Shown: positions 39,049 through 48,960 of the stretch, in pieces | Numbering within the stretch: position 1 is the first letter of the stretch | Layout: each line of letters starts with the position of its first letter | Assembly: GCA_027021365.1 (NCBI GenBank) | Contig: JALUUM010000040.1 | Span: 23,928 to 87,927, forward strand | Direction of reading: 5' to 3' | Length of the DNA stretch: 64,000 bases | Origin: Spirochaetales bacterium | GTDB taxonomy: Bacteria; Spirochaetota; Spirochaetia; SZUA-6 | Made by a program: the position numbers and the translations under genes | The notes under the pieces: model-generated | The model's database searches: none | Told to the model about the DNA's origin: nothing | The model's input: the letters and a program-made list of their open reading frames with translations, nothing else

Positions 39049-40077
39049 ATGTCAGAGAAGAATGGCTCGACCTCCAGGATCAACCAGAATTCCAAGAAGC
39101 ACAGGCTGAAACAGAGAGACCTCGTGATGAATATATTTTTCTTCTTCGAAGAGGAATATGAAAACAAAGAGGTTGATTCCATCTGGGATATAGAACTGCC
39201 AATCGAGAGAATACGGGACTACCTGTCAAAGAAATGTTCTGTCAACTACAGAAGCAATCTGTGGGTTTATACCCAGCTAAGACGGTATGAAGAGGAGTTA
39301 GGAGTAAAACTCTTTCGTAAGTTACCCTCACATCCCGGAAGTAACGGTTTCAAGCTCGCAATACACAGGGATATGGTGAAATTCTACCAGAAACAGCACC
39401 TCTATGTGAGCAAGAAGATCAAGGTGGCCAATGGTGTTTATGATAAGATAAGGCATGATTTCGAGAGTATGGCAAAACAGAGGAGCAATGAAGTAAGCAG
39501 AGGCTTGCGCATTCTTCTTGGAGCGGGAAGTACCATCTATCATCTTGCAAACATCATTGCTGAAAAATCCTGGGAAGATGATATTCATTACACAATCTAT
39601 ACACACAACCTTGGTTCGTTGAAGAGACTTCTAGAACCAACAGTTAATTACAGGAATGTCGAGGTGTGCACCCCAGCGGGGAAGATAGACCCCGTTACTT
39701 ACACGATATTCGGTAATGATAATCCACTGTATGAAAACGTTCTCTTCGATTACATCATAATGGGAACATCCTATGTATATGACGGTAGGCTTTACGTGGA
39801 ATCGAAAAAGGAGACCGAGATAAAAAGGCACCTGTTAGCTTGCAAGGCAAGAAACAGGATACTGATTCTTACGAAACACGAGTTCACAGACAGGAAACCT
39901 GAAAATCCAAAGGCCTTCGGGAGGTTAACTGATTATGATTATATCGTCGTCCCACATATCAATATATCCACGGGCATAAAAAAACGCTACGATTCCATTT
40001 TCGACAGTTACAACAGGTTTTTTCAGCCGGAGATCATTCATTGGAACTACTCTATCCTGAAAACAATAAAAGATTAG
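39049..40077 (+). CDS. Atypical DeoR/GlpR-like transcriptional regulator
   Basis: KKIKVA...ILLGAGSTIYHLA...IYTHNL...FDYIIMGT...ETEIKR resemble the DeoR C-terminal sensor; divergent from the sugar ABC operon. Confidence 0.65.
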   Translation: MSEKNGSTSRINQNSKKHRLKQRDLVMNIFFFFEEEYENKEVDSIWDIELPIERIRDYLSKKCSVNYRSNLWVYTQLRRYEEELGVKLFRKLPSHPGSNGFKLAIHRDMVKFYQKQHLYVSKKIKVANGVYDKIRHDFESMAKQRSNEVSRGLRILLGAGSTIYHLANIIAEKSWEDDIHYTIYTHNLGSLKRLLEPTVNYRNVEVCTPAGKIDPVTYTIFGNDNPLYENVLFDYIIMGTSYVYDGRLYVESKKETEIKRHLLACKARNRILILTKHEFTDRKPENPKAFGRLTDYDYIVVPHINISTGIKKRYDSIFDSYNRFFQPEIIHWNYSILKTIKD

Positions 40078-40093
40078 TGATATTATAAATTTA

Positions 40094-40122
40094 TTGACAA
40101 TATACTAATTTATATATAACCT
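40094..40122 (+). promoter_or_regulatory. sigma70 promoter, probably leaderless transcript
   Basis: TTGACA 40094-40099, 17 bp, TAACCT 40117-40122; ATG at 40130, no SD. Confidence 0.6.
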
Positions 40123-40129
40123 GATTAAT

Positions 40130-41014
40130 ATGAATACACTGGTTAAAATCGAACAGCTTGATTTGGGACACAGGGAAATCATAGAGAAATCCATAGCAAG
40201 TCTACATACAGATATTTCAGAGTATAGTTTTGCGAATCTCTTCCTCTTTCGGAAACAGCATCAGTATAAGCTTCTTATGGATGAGAGGCCGGCTATAATC
40301 GGAAAAGCCTATGACGGAGAGAGCTATGCAATGCCGCTTTTCGAGATAAACAGGGAAAATCTTCCCTTTCTGGAAAGATTGATATCAGAGTACGAGGTTC
40401 TCTTTCCTCTGGAGGAGGACAAGTTATCACTATTTCCCGCTGAAAGGTACCAGTACTACTACTGCGAAGATGACTCCGACTATATCTATACGAGGGAAAA
40501 GATGAGCCATTATCCGGGGAGGAAACTCCACAAGAAACGGAACCTCTTAAAACAGTTCAAGGAGCTCTACGAAAGTCACGAAATCTGGTTCAACAGTATA
40601 GACGACATCGAAGAGTCGCATGCAATGGAGATCCTCGATAGCTGGCAGAGAGACGTCGCAAGTTCGAAAGAAGAAACAGACTACTTCCAATGCAGAGAAG
40701 CACTTAGACTACTGGACAATCTGAACCTCGAAGGATTTATATACTATGTGGATAATGAACCTGCGGGTTTTCTTATAGGAGAAGCTCTCAATAGGAAAAC
40801 CCATGCAATTCACTTTGCAAAGGGCAGAAGAAAATTCAAGGGCCTATACCAGTACATGTACAGCCACTTTGCAAAGAACCTCCCGGAGGGGGTGGAATAT
40901 ATCAATTTCGAACAGGACCTTGGGAAACTCGCCTTAAAAATAGCAAAATCTTCCTATCAACCGGATATCATGCTTCACAAGTACAGGCTTAGGCTTCGGG
41001 AGACTCTCAGATAG
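40130..41014 (+). CDS. DUF2156 family (GNAT-like, aminoacyl-PG synthase C-terminal-like) protein
   Basis: SEYSFANLF, DSDYIY, G.KLHKKRN, IHFAKG, YINFEQDLG...AK.SY.P. Confidence 0.88.
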   Translation: MNTLVKIEQLDLGHREIIEKSIASLHTDISEYSFANLFLFRKQHQYKLLMDERPAIIGKAYDGESYAMPLFEINRENLPFLERLISEYEVLFPLEEDKLSLFPAERYQYYYCEDDSDYIYTREKMSHYPGRKLHKKRNLLKQFKELYESHEIWFNSIDDIEESHAMEILDSWQRDVASSKEETDYFQCREALRLLDNLNLEGFIYYVDNEPAGFLIGEALNRKTHAIHFAKGRRKFKGLYQYMYSHFAKNLPEGVEYINFEQDLGKLALKIAKSSYQPDIMLHKYRLRLRETLR

Positions 41015-41022
41015 GACGGACC

Positions 41023-42144
41023 TTAATTTCTGCCGTATACCCTGATCGTTATCAGAAGGGGCAAGTGATCTGAAAAGCCGCTCCTGTAGAGAGTACTCCA
41101 CCTCATAGGATAACCGCTTTCCCCGTAGAGCATGAAATCCTTTTTAACCACCCGGAAGTTGCCTTTCTCGTAACCAAGGCCATGGTGATCCAGCAAACCC
41201 TCAGAAAGAAGGATATGGTCGGGGGTCTCCCACCTTTTTCTGAAAACATAGCTACCGACACCGGCCCTCCCAGCTTTTTCACCGGATTCCACGCCGGTTA
41301 CCAGCTCGTACCACGGCTCGTAGAGTATCAATCTCTCACCATGCAAACCTGCCCTGCCTTTGAATCCCGTGAGAAATATTCTGTACCTCTCAAATGTTTC
41401 CGGGGCTGCCGCATCGATCGGTATCAGTGCCGTCTGGTAGGATTTTCCAACTTCGAGGTATTCATTGTAATCCTCGTTCAAGTCACCCAGCACCATCACC
41501 TCTGCCTCACGATTTCCGCTTAACAGATCTTCCAGCCTCTCTTTGAGAATGCAGGCAGCTTCGAGCCTCCACTTTTCACTGTACGCCTTCCCCCCACTCT
41601 TGGATTTCCAGTGATTGTTGAATAGATGGAGGATGTTCCCCTTAATATCTATCTCGGCCTCGAGGATGTTTCTCAAAGGGTTCGACTCGTAGTTCGAAAC
41701 ATAGTATGAATGCACCCTCAATATGGGAAAACGACTGAGAATACCAACATTTGCTGCAAGGCCTTTCTTGGGAACAATTGCAATATACCTGTAACCCATG
41801 TCTGAAAGATAGTCACGGGAGAGGGTCAATAGTACATTCCGGTTTTCAACCTCCTGAAGGGCGACTATATCAGGCCCACCTCTGATACTTTCCCTTATTA
41901 CCCTGGCTATTGCCTTCAACTTCTCATGAAAAAGCATGGTATTCCACTTTCCCCTTCCCGGGTCGAACTCCCTGTACTCGGTACCATTGTCTATATCGTC
42001 GAACAGATTCTGAACATTGTAGGACATTACCGTAATACTACTTACCCCGGAGGGACTGCTCCAGACCAGTAGGTTAGAGATTAAAGAAACTGCTGAAATG
42101 AAAATGAAGACAAAGACAATTATTTTCAGGTTTTTCCCAGCCAT
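41023..42144 (-). CDS. Endonuclease/exonuclease/phosphatase family protein (exported)
   Basis: SYNVQNLFD, LQEVEN, NHWKS, GDLN, DHIL, SDHLP; N-terminal TM/signal; ATG 42144. Confidence 0.9.
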   Translation of the reverse strand: MAGKNLKIIVFVFIFISAVSLISNLLVWSSPSGVSSITVMSYNVQNLFDDIDNGTEYREFDPGRGKWNTMLFHEKLKAIARVIRESIRGGPDIVALQEVENRNVLLTLSRDYLSDMGYRYIAIVPKKGLAANVGILSRFPILRVHSYYVSNYESNPLRNILEAEIDIKGNILHLFNNHWKSKSGGKAYSEKWRLEAACILKERLEDLLSGNREAEVMVLGDLNEDYNEYLEVGKSYQTALIPIDAAAPETFERYRIFLTGFKGRAGLHGERLILYEPWYELVTGVESGEKAGRAGVGSYVFRKRWETPDHILLSEGLLDHHGLGYEKGNFRVVKKDFMLYGESGYPMRWSTLYRSGFSDHLPLLITIRVYGRN

Positions 42145-42261
42145 TGGTTGCGATTCTTCCCTTTTTGAAAGTATTATATCGCATACCAATATCTTGTACC
42201 AATCATGGTAAAGCGGAATTGGATACAATTACATCCAATTACATTCGACGGAGTGAATAAA

Positions 42262-42891
42262 ATGGCCAAAACGAAACCTTTCGATGACCACCTGGAAGAA
42301 TATGAAGAATGGTTCAAGGAGAACGAGGGATACTACAAATCCGAGCTCGAGGCCGTGAGGATTGCAATGGGCGATCCCTACGGTTTTGTCGAAGTCGGGG
42401 TGGGAAGCGGCCTTTTCGCATCACCCCTGGGTATAAGGATGGGTGTGGAACCTTCACACAGGATGGCAGAGCTTGCAAAGAGGCGGGGAATTGAAGTAAC
42501 AGAGGGAACGGGAGAGGACCTTCCCCTTGAGGATGAAAGTGTAAATGGCATTCTCATGGTTACGACGATCTGCTTTCTGGACGATCCCGAGAGAGCCCTT
42601 GGAGAATGTTATAGGGTGCTAAAGAAGGGGGGGAAGGTTGTCATTGGCTTCGTTGATAGGGAAAGTCCCATCGGGCGAGAATACCTGAAACTCAAGGAGG
42701 AAAGTGCGTTCTACAGAGATGCTATCTTCTATTCATCACGGGAAGTCATGGGCATGCTCGAAAGGACCGGTTTCAAGGACATCTCTGCCATACAGACACT
42801 ATTCACTGAGAGGGGGCCCAGGGATATACACCCGGTAAGGGAGGGCTTTGGGGAGGGGAGCTTTGTCGTAATTACGGGAATAAAAAAGTAA
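42262..42891 (+). CDS. Class I SAM-dependent methyltransferase
   Basis: VEVGVGSG, GVEPS, EDLP, TICFLDDP, RVLKKGG; ATG 42262 after GGAG. Confidence 0.9.
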   Translation: MAKTKPFDDHLEEYEEWFKENEGYYKSELEAVRIAMGDPYGFVEVGVGSGLFASPLGIRMGVEPSHRMAELAKRRGIEVTEGTGEDLPLEDESVNGILMVTTICFLDDPERALGECYRVLKKGGKVVIGFVDRESPIGREYLKLKEESAFYRDAIFYSSREVMGMLERTGFKDISAIQTLFTERGPRDIHPVREGFGEGSFVVITGIKK

Positions 42892-42916
42892 GGGAAAAAC
42901 CAAAACTCTGTGCCCT

Positions 42917-44290
42917 TCACATCGCCTTTGCAAGTGCTGCAGCAGCTATCAGTATAGGGTCCCATGACGGAGAAAACGGGGGTGCATATGCAAGGTCCAT
43001 TCTTGCCACCTCATCTACCGTCATGTGGTTGTAAAGGGCTACAGCCGCAGAATCTATCCTCAAGGCTGCCCCGTCTCCACCTGCAATCTGCGTACCAAGA
43101 AGTCTTCGAGTTTTTCTGTCACCTATCATCGTAACAGTCACCGGAGGATGTTCGGGCCAGTAGCCAGCCTTCGTCCGTGACCGAATGGTGGCAGTAACAG
43201 TATCATAGCGGAACCTCTCGGCATCGAAAGAGGAAATCCCGGTTTTCCCCACTTCGACATTGAAAATCTTGGCAACGGCAGAACCTAGTGTTCCGGGAAA
43301 GCGCGACCATTCGGATTCATTTTTCCCGAGCAGGCTCTTTGCAGCGTTACCTCCTGCTAACTTTCCACCCCTGTTTGCATTCAATGCAAGAGGTATATAG
43401 ACAGGCTTTCCCGTTACGATACTCTTTACCTCCACACAATCACCTGCGGCAAATATATCAGTTACATTTGTCCTCATATAATCATCGACAAGAATTCCAT
43501 GTTTCTCACCAAGCATGATTCCTGCCTCAGCGGCAAGTGAGGTCTCGGGTTCAATCCCGACACTCTCGAGTACAAAGTCAGCCTCGATCTCTTCCCTGTC
43601 AGTCAAAACCTTTCTGACCTTACCATTCTCCCCTTGGTAACCCTTGACCGTGGTCTCCAGAAGCACCTTCACTCGATTGCGTGTGAGCTCTTCGTAGATA
43701 ACATCGTGAATATCTTTCTCAGTCCTTCCCATTACCGTTGGAAGCATCTCGATAATGGTTACCTCGAGTCCTCGGTGCCGAAGGTTCTCCGCCATCTCAA
43801 GGCCAATGTAACCGGCTCCAACGATTGCGACCTTCCCGGGATTTTCCCGTTCTATGAAAGCCTTTATTCTTTCCGCATCCTCAAAATACTTCAGCCTGAA
43901 AATATTTGAAAGCTCAGAGCCAGGTAGTTTCAACCTTATGTTCCGGGCGCCCGTGGCAACAATAAGCCTGTCCCATGACAGCTCGTACTCCTTGCCGCCC
44001 TCTTCCGCAACAAGGAGTTTCTTCCCGGAAGTATCTATCCTCTTCACCTCGTTGTTTATCCTTACATCGATGTTACGCTTGTTTTTTGCATCTTCGACAC
44101 TTAACACGAAAAGCCTGCTCCCTTTCTCTATTACCCCACCGATATAGTAGGGCATTCCACATTCACCGTACGAAATGAATGGTGACTTTTCCAGAACGAT
44201 TATCTCGGCATCCTTGTCGGTGCGCCTTGCCTGGCTTGCAGCGCTCATTCCCGCTGCATTTGCACCGATTACAACAATTCTTCCAGCCAT
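42917..44290 (-). CDS. CoA-disulfide reductase/NADH oxidase family flavoprotein
   Basis: IGANAAGMSAA, SYGECGMPY (redox Cys), ATGA, GAGYIGLE, AAGDC, DLAYAPPFS; ATG 44290 after GGAGG. Confidence 0.92.
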   Translation of the reverse strand: MAGRIVVIGANAAGMSAASQARRTDKDAEIIVLEKSPFISYGECGMPYYIGGVIEKGSRLFVLSVEDAKNKRNIDVRINNEVKRIDTSGKKLLVAEEGGKEYELSWDRLIVATGARNIRLKLPGSELSNIFRLKYFEDAERIKAFIERENPGKVAIVGAGYIGLEMAENLRHRGLEVTIIEMLPTVMGRTEKDIHDVIYEELTRNRVKVLLETTVKGYQGENGKVRKVLTDREEIEADFVLESVGIEPETSLAAEAGIMLGEKHGILVDDYMRTNVTDIFAAGDCVEVKSIVTGKPVYIPLALNANRGGKLAGGNAAKSLLGKNESEWSRFPGTLGSAVAKIFNVEVGKTGISSFDAERFRYDTVTATIRSRTKAGYWPEHPPVTVTMIGDRKTRRLLGTQIAGGDGAALRIDSAAVALYNHMTVDEVARMDLAYAPPFSPSWDPILIAAAALAKAM

Positions 44291-44388
44291 CAAAAAACCT
44301 CCGTCACATTGAAATATGTCACTTAGAATCACTTTCCGTCAAGATGCAGGATCGAAGCTTGTGGCGGATTAGCAGTCAAGTACGCCAA

Positions 44389-44471
44389 CTGTAACGGTAA
44401 AGGTAACCCCAGCGAGGTTGGGCTATACGGTACAGTGTCTTGGTGTATGGTTTATGGCAGCCATGTTATAT
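44389..44471 (-). repeat. Degenerate attC site (distal)
   Basis: Minus strand ATATAAC overlapping the epimerase stop ... GTTACAG; weak internal symmetry. Confidence 0.5.
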
Positions 44472-45431
44472 GGCTTTTGATTGGTTTGCCTCAATCCGTT
44501 GACGATACCATTCAACCGTTTCCTTGATAGCTACTTCGTGAGGTGTGGTGTTAGCACCAAATATTTCCTCAAATTTACTATGCTCAACAACATAGGGCTG
44601 CTTCCACTGATACATCATCTCTTTCATTTCTTTCAGCATGGGGCTAAATAAACCCAATAATGTCACCATCAATTTTCCAGCAGTACGAACATGTATTGGT
44701 TGTCCGATTTCCTTCTCAACAAGCTCTACAAATTGTCGAGTTGTTATGGTAGATGCGCTTGGAACATGCCACACCTGACCAAAAGCATGGTCATTTTCAC
44801 TGAGCGTTACTAATGCCTTGGCAAAATCTTTAATGTAAGTATAGGTGTGTGGCAAGTCAATATCGCCTAAAAGATTTGCTGGTTTGCCAGATAATACTGC
44901 TCTAAAGAACATTTCACCCAAAACAGAATTGACGACTCTAGGACCATAAAAGTCAGAACCACGACCGATGACAACTTGCACCACTCCTTTTTTGTGTGCA
45001 TTCAAAAGCATTTCTGCCATTTCTGCTCTAACTTTTCCCTTGGGCCCTGTGGCTTTATTAGGAAGGCTCTCCGTAATTGGCCTACCCTCGGTATCACCGT
45101 ACATATAGAGGTTATCGCCATAAATCAATTTTGCCCCTACCCGTGAAACTCCTTCAAGAATACCTTTCGTCAGGGGAGGAAACTTATCAGGCCACTCTGT
45201 ATAGGGAGGCATAGCACAATGAAATACTACATCAGCCCCCTTACATATCTGAAATACAGTAGTTGAGTTAGTTGCATCTCCTGATACGATTTCAATATGG
45301 TTAGACAGTTCTTGTGCTATTGTTCCTTTTCGGTTCACCAAGGTCACCTTCTTACCTTTTTCCTCCAAAGTCTGCGCAACCCATAACCCCAAAGGGCCTG
45401 TGCCAAATACGATAGCTTTCTTGTTACTCAT
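44466..45431 (-). CDS. NAD-dependent epimerase/dehydratase (atypical SDR), cassette gene
   Basis: VFGTGPLG, DNLYMYG, KG.VR, DFYGP, HTYTYIKD; RBS GGAGG. Confidence 0.9.
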   Translation of the reverse strand: MSNKKAIVFGTGPLGLWVAQTLEEKGKKVTLVNRKGTIAQELSNHIEIVSGDATNSTTVFQICKGADVVFHCAMPPYTEWPDKFPPLTKGILEGVSRVGAKLIYGDNLYMYGDTEGRPITESLPNKATGPKGKVRAEMAEMLLNAHKKGVVQVVIGRGSDFYGPRVVNSVLGEMFFRAVLSGKPANLLGDIDLPHTYTYIKDFAKALVTLSENDHAFGQVWHVPSASTITTRQFVELVEKEIGQPIHVRTAGKLMVTLLGLFSPMLKEMKEMMYQWKQPYVVEHSKFEEIFGANTTPHEVAIKETVEWYRQRIEANQSKAI

Positions 45432-45452
45432 GGTTCCTCCATTTGCTTTGTC

Positions 45453-45604
45453 ATATAACGATAAATATCACATACGCCGATTATCTCGGTTGAAAGGAAA
45501 GATTCAGCTCAAGTTTTTACCCTTCATTACTATATTATCATCCTTAACTTAATATTACAAAAACCATGATGAAAATCGGAGTCTGCTTGAGAGACTTGTC
45601 AGGC
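45453..45604 (-). repeat. attC site (long family, diverged)
   Basis: Cores GCCTGAC ... GTTATAT on the minus strand; shares TATCAT, CAAAAACC.TGA and GACTTGT blocks with the attC copies at 47942 and 48961. Confidence 0.7.
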
Positions 45605-46248
45605 TAATTTTCATATTTAATTTCTGTAACAAATGGATTTCGTTTTTTAGCCAATTCATAGATAATTGATACCGCTTTAGAGACCTCCTCCGGAAAGGTT
45701 TTCTTAAGTAGTCTTATTGAGCCTTCGAAATCTCCAAGTTCTCTCTTAATTTCAGCCAACATAACAACATCATTGTTATCAGAAAAATCGAGCATATTGA
45801 GAATCGCCTCCAAGTTTGCCTTTTCATTATCAGATAAATCATCTATTTTGGTGGTAGTATTTCTTCTTTTATCATTGCCCGCCCACCATGCATGAAGACG
45901 AACATACAGTTCTTTTTCTGAACCATTTTCTGCTCCAAGATTATTATTCTCTTTTAATATTGGAAAATCATCATCAATTTCTGGAGTTTCACAAGGTTTG
46001 GCCTCATAATAACTATCTTCATTACTTAATGGATCAATTTTTCCAACTTTTTCCTGCTCATCAATCCAAATAACTGCCTGGTAGTGAGGGTATTTTACAA
46101 GCCAAGGTTATTCTGTAAGCATTGGAGTATCTCACTAGCCATCAGTCCCAAATGTAGCCCCAAAGATATTACCAGACACAATCGTGTACTTTTTGAGCAA
46201 ACCAGTACATTCCGAACATCGTTTTATAATTGTTGGTCCTGGAAGCAT
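45604..46248 (-). pseudogene. Cassette-borne hypothetical gene with three in-frame stops
   Basis: One 215-codon frame from ATG 46248 (MLPGPTIIKRCSEC...SGNIFGATF.TDG) with TAG 46135-37, TGA 46132-34, TAA 46108-10, continuing ..WWAGND..AEIKRELG. Confidence 0.8.
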
Positions 46249-46313
46249 TTGTATTCTCCTTCTTTAAAAAACTATGTCGTAAAATCTACTCCAAATGTTT
46301 GTTAGAATAAATA

Positions 46314-46714
46314 TTATTCGTCACCTAATATTCTCAACACTTTTTAATATATTTCTTTTGCAGATTCATAAAATTCATTTGCCTTTTCTGTGGATGGTAT
46401 CCCTTCGGGTATTAATCCAGTATCACCAGGATATCTTGAATCTATATATATACATCGTTAATTTGTGCCAAACTGTCTTCTTCTAACATAAGTTTTATCC
46501 CAGCTTTTAAAATCAAACCATAAAGTTTTTCAAGATCATGTATTTTTGGTATTTTTACATCCTCATCTTCCAATAAAGCTTTTAGTGATTTTTCTATCGT
46601 TTGATGACTATGAAAAGCAATACTTTGAGTCAATTCTTCATAATTAAGTGGTTTTTCAGCAGACCTTAAATCAACATTTGCATATTTAAGCCATTGCTTT
46701 GCTTGCTTTTTCAT
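46314..46714 (-). pseudogene. HEPN domain toxin, frameshifted
   Basis: WLKYA..DL..A, FHSHQTIEK.LKA, PKIHDL; +2 shift in (TA)5 at 46443-46452 separates the ..DSRYPG.. C-terminus; further TAA at 46344-46346. Confidence 0.85.
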
Positions 46715-47051
46715 ATACTATCTTGCCAGTTTCTTTCAATTCTTTTGAAAATGAACTTTCACTATTCATGAGTTCTTCATATTCCGGTATAGTATACACT
46801 AATAAATCTATAGCAATTTCTCTGTTTATCTCTCTTATTGCTTTTCTGACATCAAGTTTCATTTTTATTTTTTCATCATAGCTAGAGGGAGTCTTATTTA
46901 TATCTAGTACAACCAATAAATCCAAGTCACTATCTTCAATTAAGTTGTTCTTAATGTATGAACCAAAGACAATTACAGTTCTTGGGTTCAAAGTCTTAAG
47001 TTTCTTTATTATTTTCTCTAGATATTTACTGTATAGTTTTCTTCTATCCAC
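46686..47051 (-). CDS. Minimal nucleotidyltransferase (MNT) antitoxin
   Basis: VFGSY.......DSDLDLLVV, IDLLV; overlaps the HEPN start. Confidence 0.88.
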   Translation of the reverse strand: MDRRKLYSKYLEKIIKKLKTLNPRTVIVFGSYIKNNLIEDSDLDLLVVLDINKTPSSYDEKIKMKLDVRKAIREINREIAIDLLVYTIPEYEELMNSESSFSKELKETGKIVYEKASKAMA

Positions 47052-47163
47052 AGATTAAAACTATAATACGGAAATCATTATATGCAAGAGATTTTAAATT
47101 AATATTCTAATTTTCTTATCACTACATTTATTCCTTACATAGGCATAATTCACACTTGCTACA

Positions 47164-47233
47164 TTCAAACTACCGCGCTTTCAGCTGCCTGCGAAGCATA
47201 GCTGAGCGGGTCAGCTGAAAGCGCTTGTTAGGC
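47164..47233 (-). repeat. attC site (short, GC-rich classical type)
   Basis: GCCTAAC-AAGCGCTTTCAGCTGACC...GGCAGCTGAAAGCGCGGTA-GTTTGAA; strong imperfect palindrome of 70 bp. Confidence 0.9.
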
Positions 47234-47278
47234 CATCCCCTCTCTGTCAAACACATATTCTTCTCACGTTTAAATGCT

Positions 47279-47887
47279 CTACAGCGTTTCTAATCCACTC
47301 GTTTCATCCGACAATCCTGTAAGGAAGATCAACATCTCCGCCTGTCTCGCTTGGCCCATCTCCTTGGCTTTAGAAGTGTAGAGCCTGTCAGGCAACTCTC
47401 GACTAAACCGTTCGATCAGCTTAACCGCACTAGCCAAATCAGGCGTCCAATCGTCAAGCCCCACAATCGAGAGCAACCGCGCAATACCAATACATCCCAT
47501 AAATTCCAATGTGTCAGCATCATGGAAGAGGATCACCTCGTTACGGTCCGCCGGATCCACGTAAAACATATGCCCCCGAATGATCTCTTTCACCAAAGTT
47601 GTTTTTTCCAAAGGAAAACCAACTGAAGCAAGTATCTCATCCGCAATCTGAGCTGATCTTTCGGCATGATCCACTCCTGATTGCTTGTAGGGTTCAAACG
47701 CGCCGATATCGTGTAGATAGGCCGCAGCAAACAGACAATCCTCATCAACTTTCATACCGTGTAACTCAGTTAAGTGCAATGACAACTCGTAGACTCGTTT
47801 GAAATGTGGCACCCCCCAAGCCGGGTGCTCAAACTTCTCAACAAAAGAAAGAATTTCTTGCTTCCACATTCGATGTAACTCCCTCAC
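47279..47887 (-). CDS. HD-domain phosphohydrolase, cassette gene
   Basis: H..RV, AAYLHDIG, DHAERSA, IRGHM, HDADTLEFMG.IGIAR. Confidence 0.9.
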   Translation of the reverse strand: MRELHRMWKQEILSFVEKFEHPAWGVPHFKRVYELSLHLTELHGMKVDEDCLFAAAYLHDIGAFEPYKQSGVDHAERSAQIADEILASVGFPLEKTTLVKEIIRGHMFYVDPADRNEVILFHDADTLEFMGCIGIARLLSIVGLDDWTPDLASAVKLIERFSRELPDRLYTSKAKEMGQARQAEMLIFLTGLSDETSGLETL

Positions 47888-47941
47888 CTAGACAAATGAT
47901 GTCTGCTTAGCCGATAAAACTGAACCAACGCCAGATGGGCA

Positions 47942-48072
47942 GTCTAACGACATAATTCACTTGCTTTGAGTTCTGGCACGTGTTTTTGCTTCTGCATCCA
48001 TAATATCATGCTTTTAACCTAATTGCAAAAACCGTGAAAGAGCGAAAAGTGGGGTGTAATGACTTGTTATGT
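47942..48072 (-). repeat. attC site (131-bp family)
   Basis: ACATAAC...GTTAGAC cores on the minus strand; about 18 mismatches to 48961-49091 by eye. Confidence 0.9.
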
Positions 48073-48080
48073 TTTTTTAA

Positions 48081-48404
48081 TTATCTTAGTTGTCTGTGTA
48101 ATAAAATGTCTTCAATATTTCTTCTTCCATCTATTATTGCCATTATATAAATTGCCTCTTTTTCTATTTTATACATCAATCTCCAGGGAGAAATAATTAG
48201 TTCACGATATTTCACTATATTTTGTTCGGCCAGTTCCGGAATTATTCTTCCTTGTTCTGGAAAAATAGATAATTTTTTAGCAGTAGCTTTTATCTCTTCA
48301 TATTTTTTTATTGCTGTCTCTAGCGAATCTTGGGCTATATATTCTATTATTTCCTCTAAATCATTCTTTGCCGTATGTGTCCACAAAACCTTCTTCTTCT
48401 GCAT
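48081..48404 (-). CDS. RelE/ParE family toxin
   Basis: WT.TAKNDLEEIIEYIAQDS...FPEQGRIIPE...YRELI..PWRLMY...DGRRN. Confidence 0.9.
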   Translation of the reverse strand: MQKKKVLWTHTAKNDLEEIIEYIAQDSLETAIKKYEEIKATAKKLSIFPEQGRIIPELAEQNIVKYRELIISPWRLMYKIEKEAIYIMAIIDGRRNIEDILLHRQLR

Positions 48405-48417
48405 TAATTGTTCTCTG

Positions 48418-48711
48418 TTAGATTTCTCTTTTGGCTTTAAGTTTCTCTATTTTTTTATCCATCTCTGTAAAAACATCCTCTTGTATATATACTTGTTCTC
48501 TTTCTATATCCTTTTCGCTCTGTGAAAGTATTTTTAATATGCCTATGCTGTCCCTCATGGATTGATATGTTTGGGTGTCCAATAAAACAGCCTTTGCTTC
48601 ACCGTTCTGAGTTATAATTATTGGATTGTGTGTCTCATTGACTTTTTTTAACATTTCTGCAGCATTTGTTTTTATATAAGATATAGGTTTTATATTATCT
48701 TTGATTTTCAT
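48418..48711 (-). CDS. Phd/YefM family antitoxin
   Basis: IKPISYIKTNAAEML..V.....PIIITQNGEAKAVLLD. Confidence 0.92.
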   Translation of the reverse strand: MKIKDNIKPISYIKTNAAEMLKKVNETHNPIIITQNGEAKAVLLDTQTYQSMRDSIGILKILSQSEKDIEREQVYIQEDVFTEMDKKIEKLKAKREI

Positions 48712-48722
48712 GTTTAGCCTCC

Positions 48723-48760
48723 AGTACTTATATAGTACTATATTCAGACTGATTTATCAA
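48723..48760 (-). promoter_or_regulatory. TA promoter with overlapping palindromic operator
   Basis: TTGATA-17-TACTAT; perfect palindrome ATATAGTACTATAT 48730-48743 plus AGTACT 48723-48728. Confidence 0.7.
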
Positions 48761-48960
48761 TAATAAATCTAGAAAAATAATTATCAAATAATATAGTTTA
48801 GAGTCATATATCGTTTTCAGACAAAGAGTTTAAATTATTGCACTTATTGAATTGAAGTATTTGAAATATAGTAGTTCATTTGTTAAAAAGTTTTTTATTT
48901 CAGAACATCATAACTTATGTTGCACATAGAATATTTGTTTACTCCTTAATGAATTTAAAA

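Noticed and set aside
45604-46248. In-frame stops as recoding (Sec/Pyl or alternative genetic code)
   Set aside because: All three stop types occur along with missense decay, and other genes end normally at TAA, TAG and TGA.
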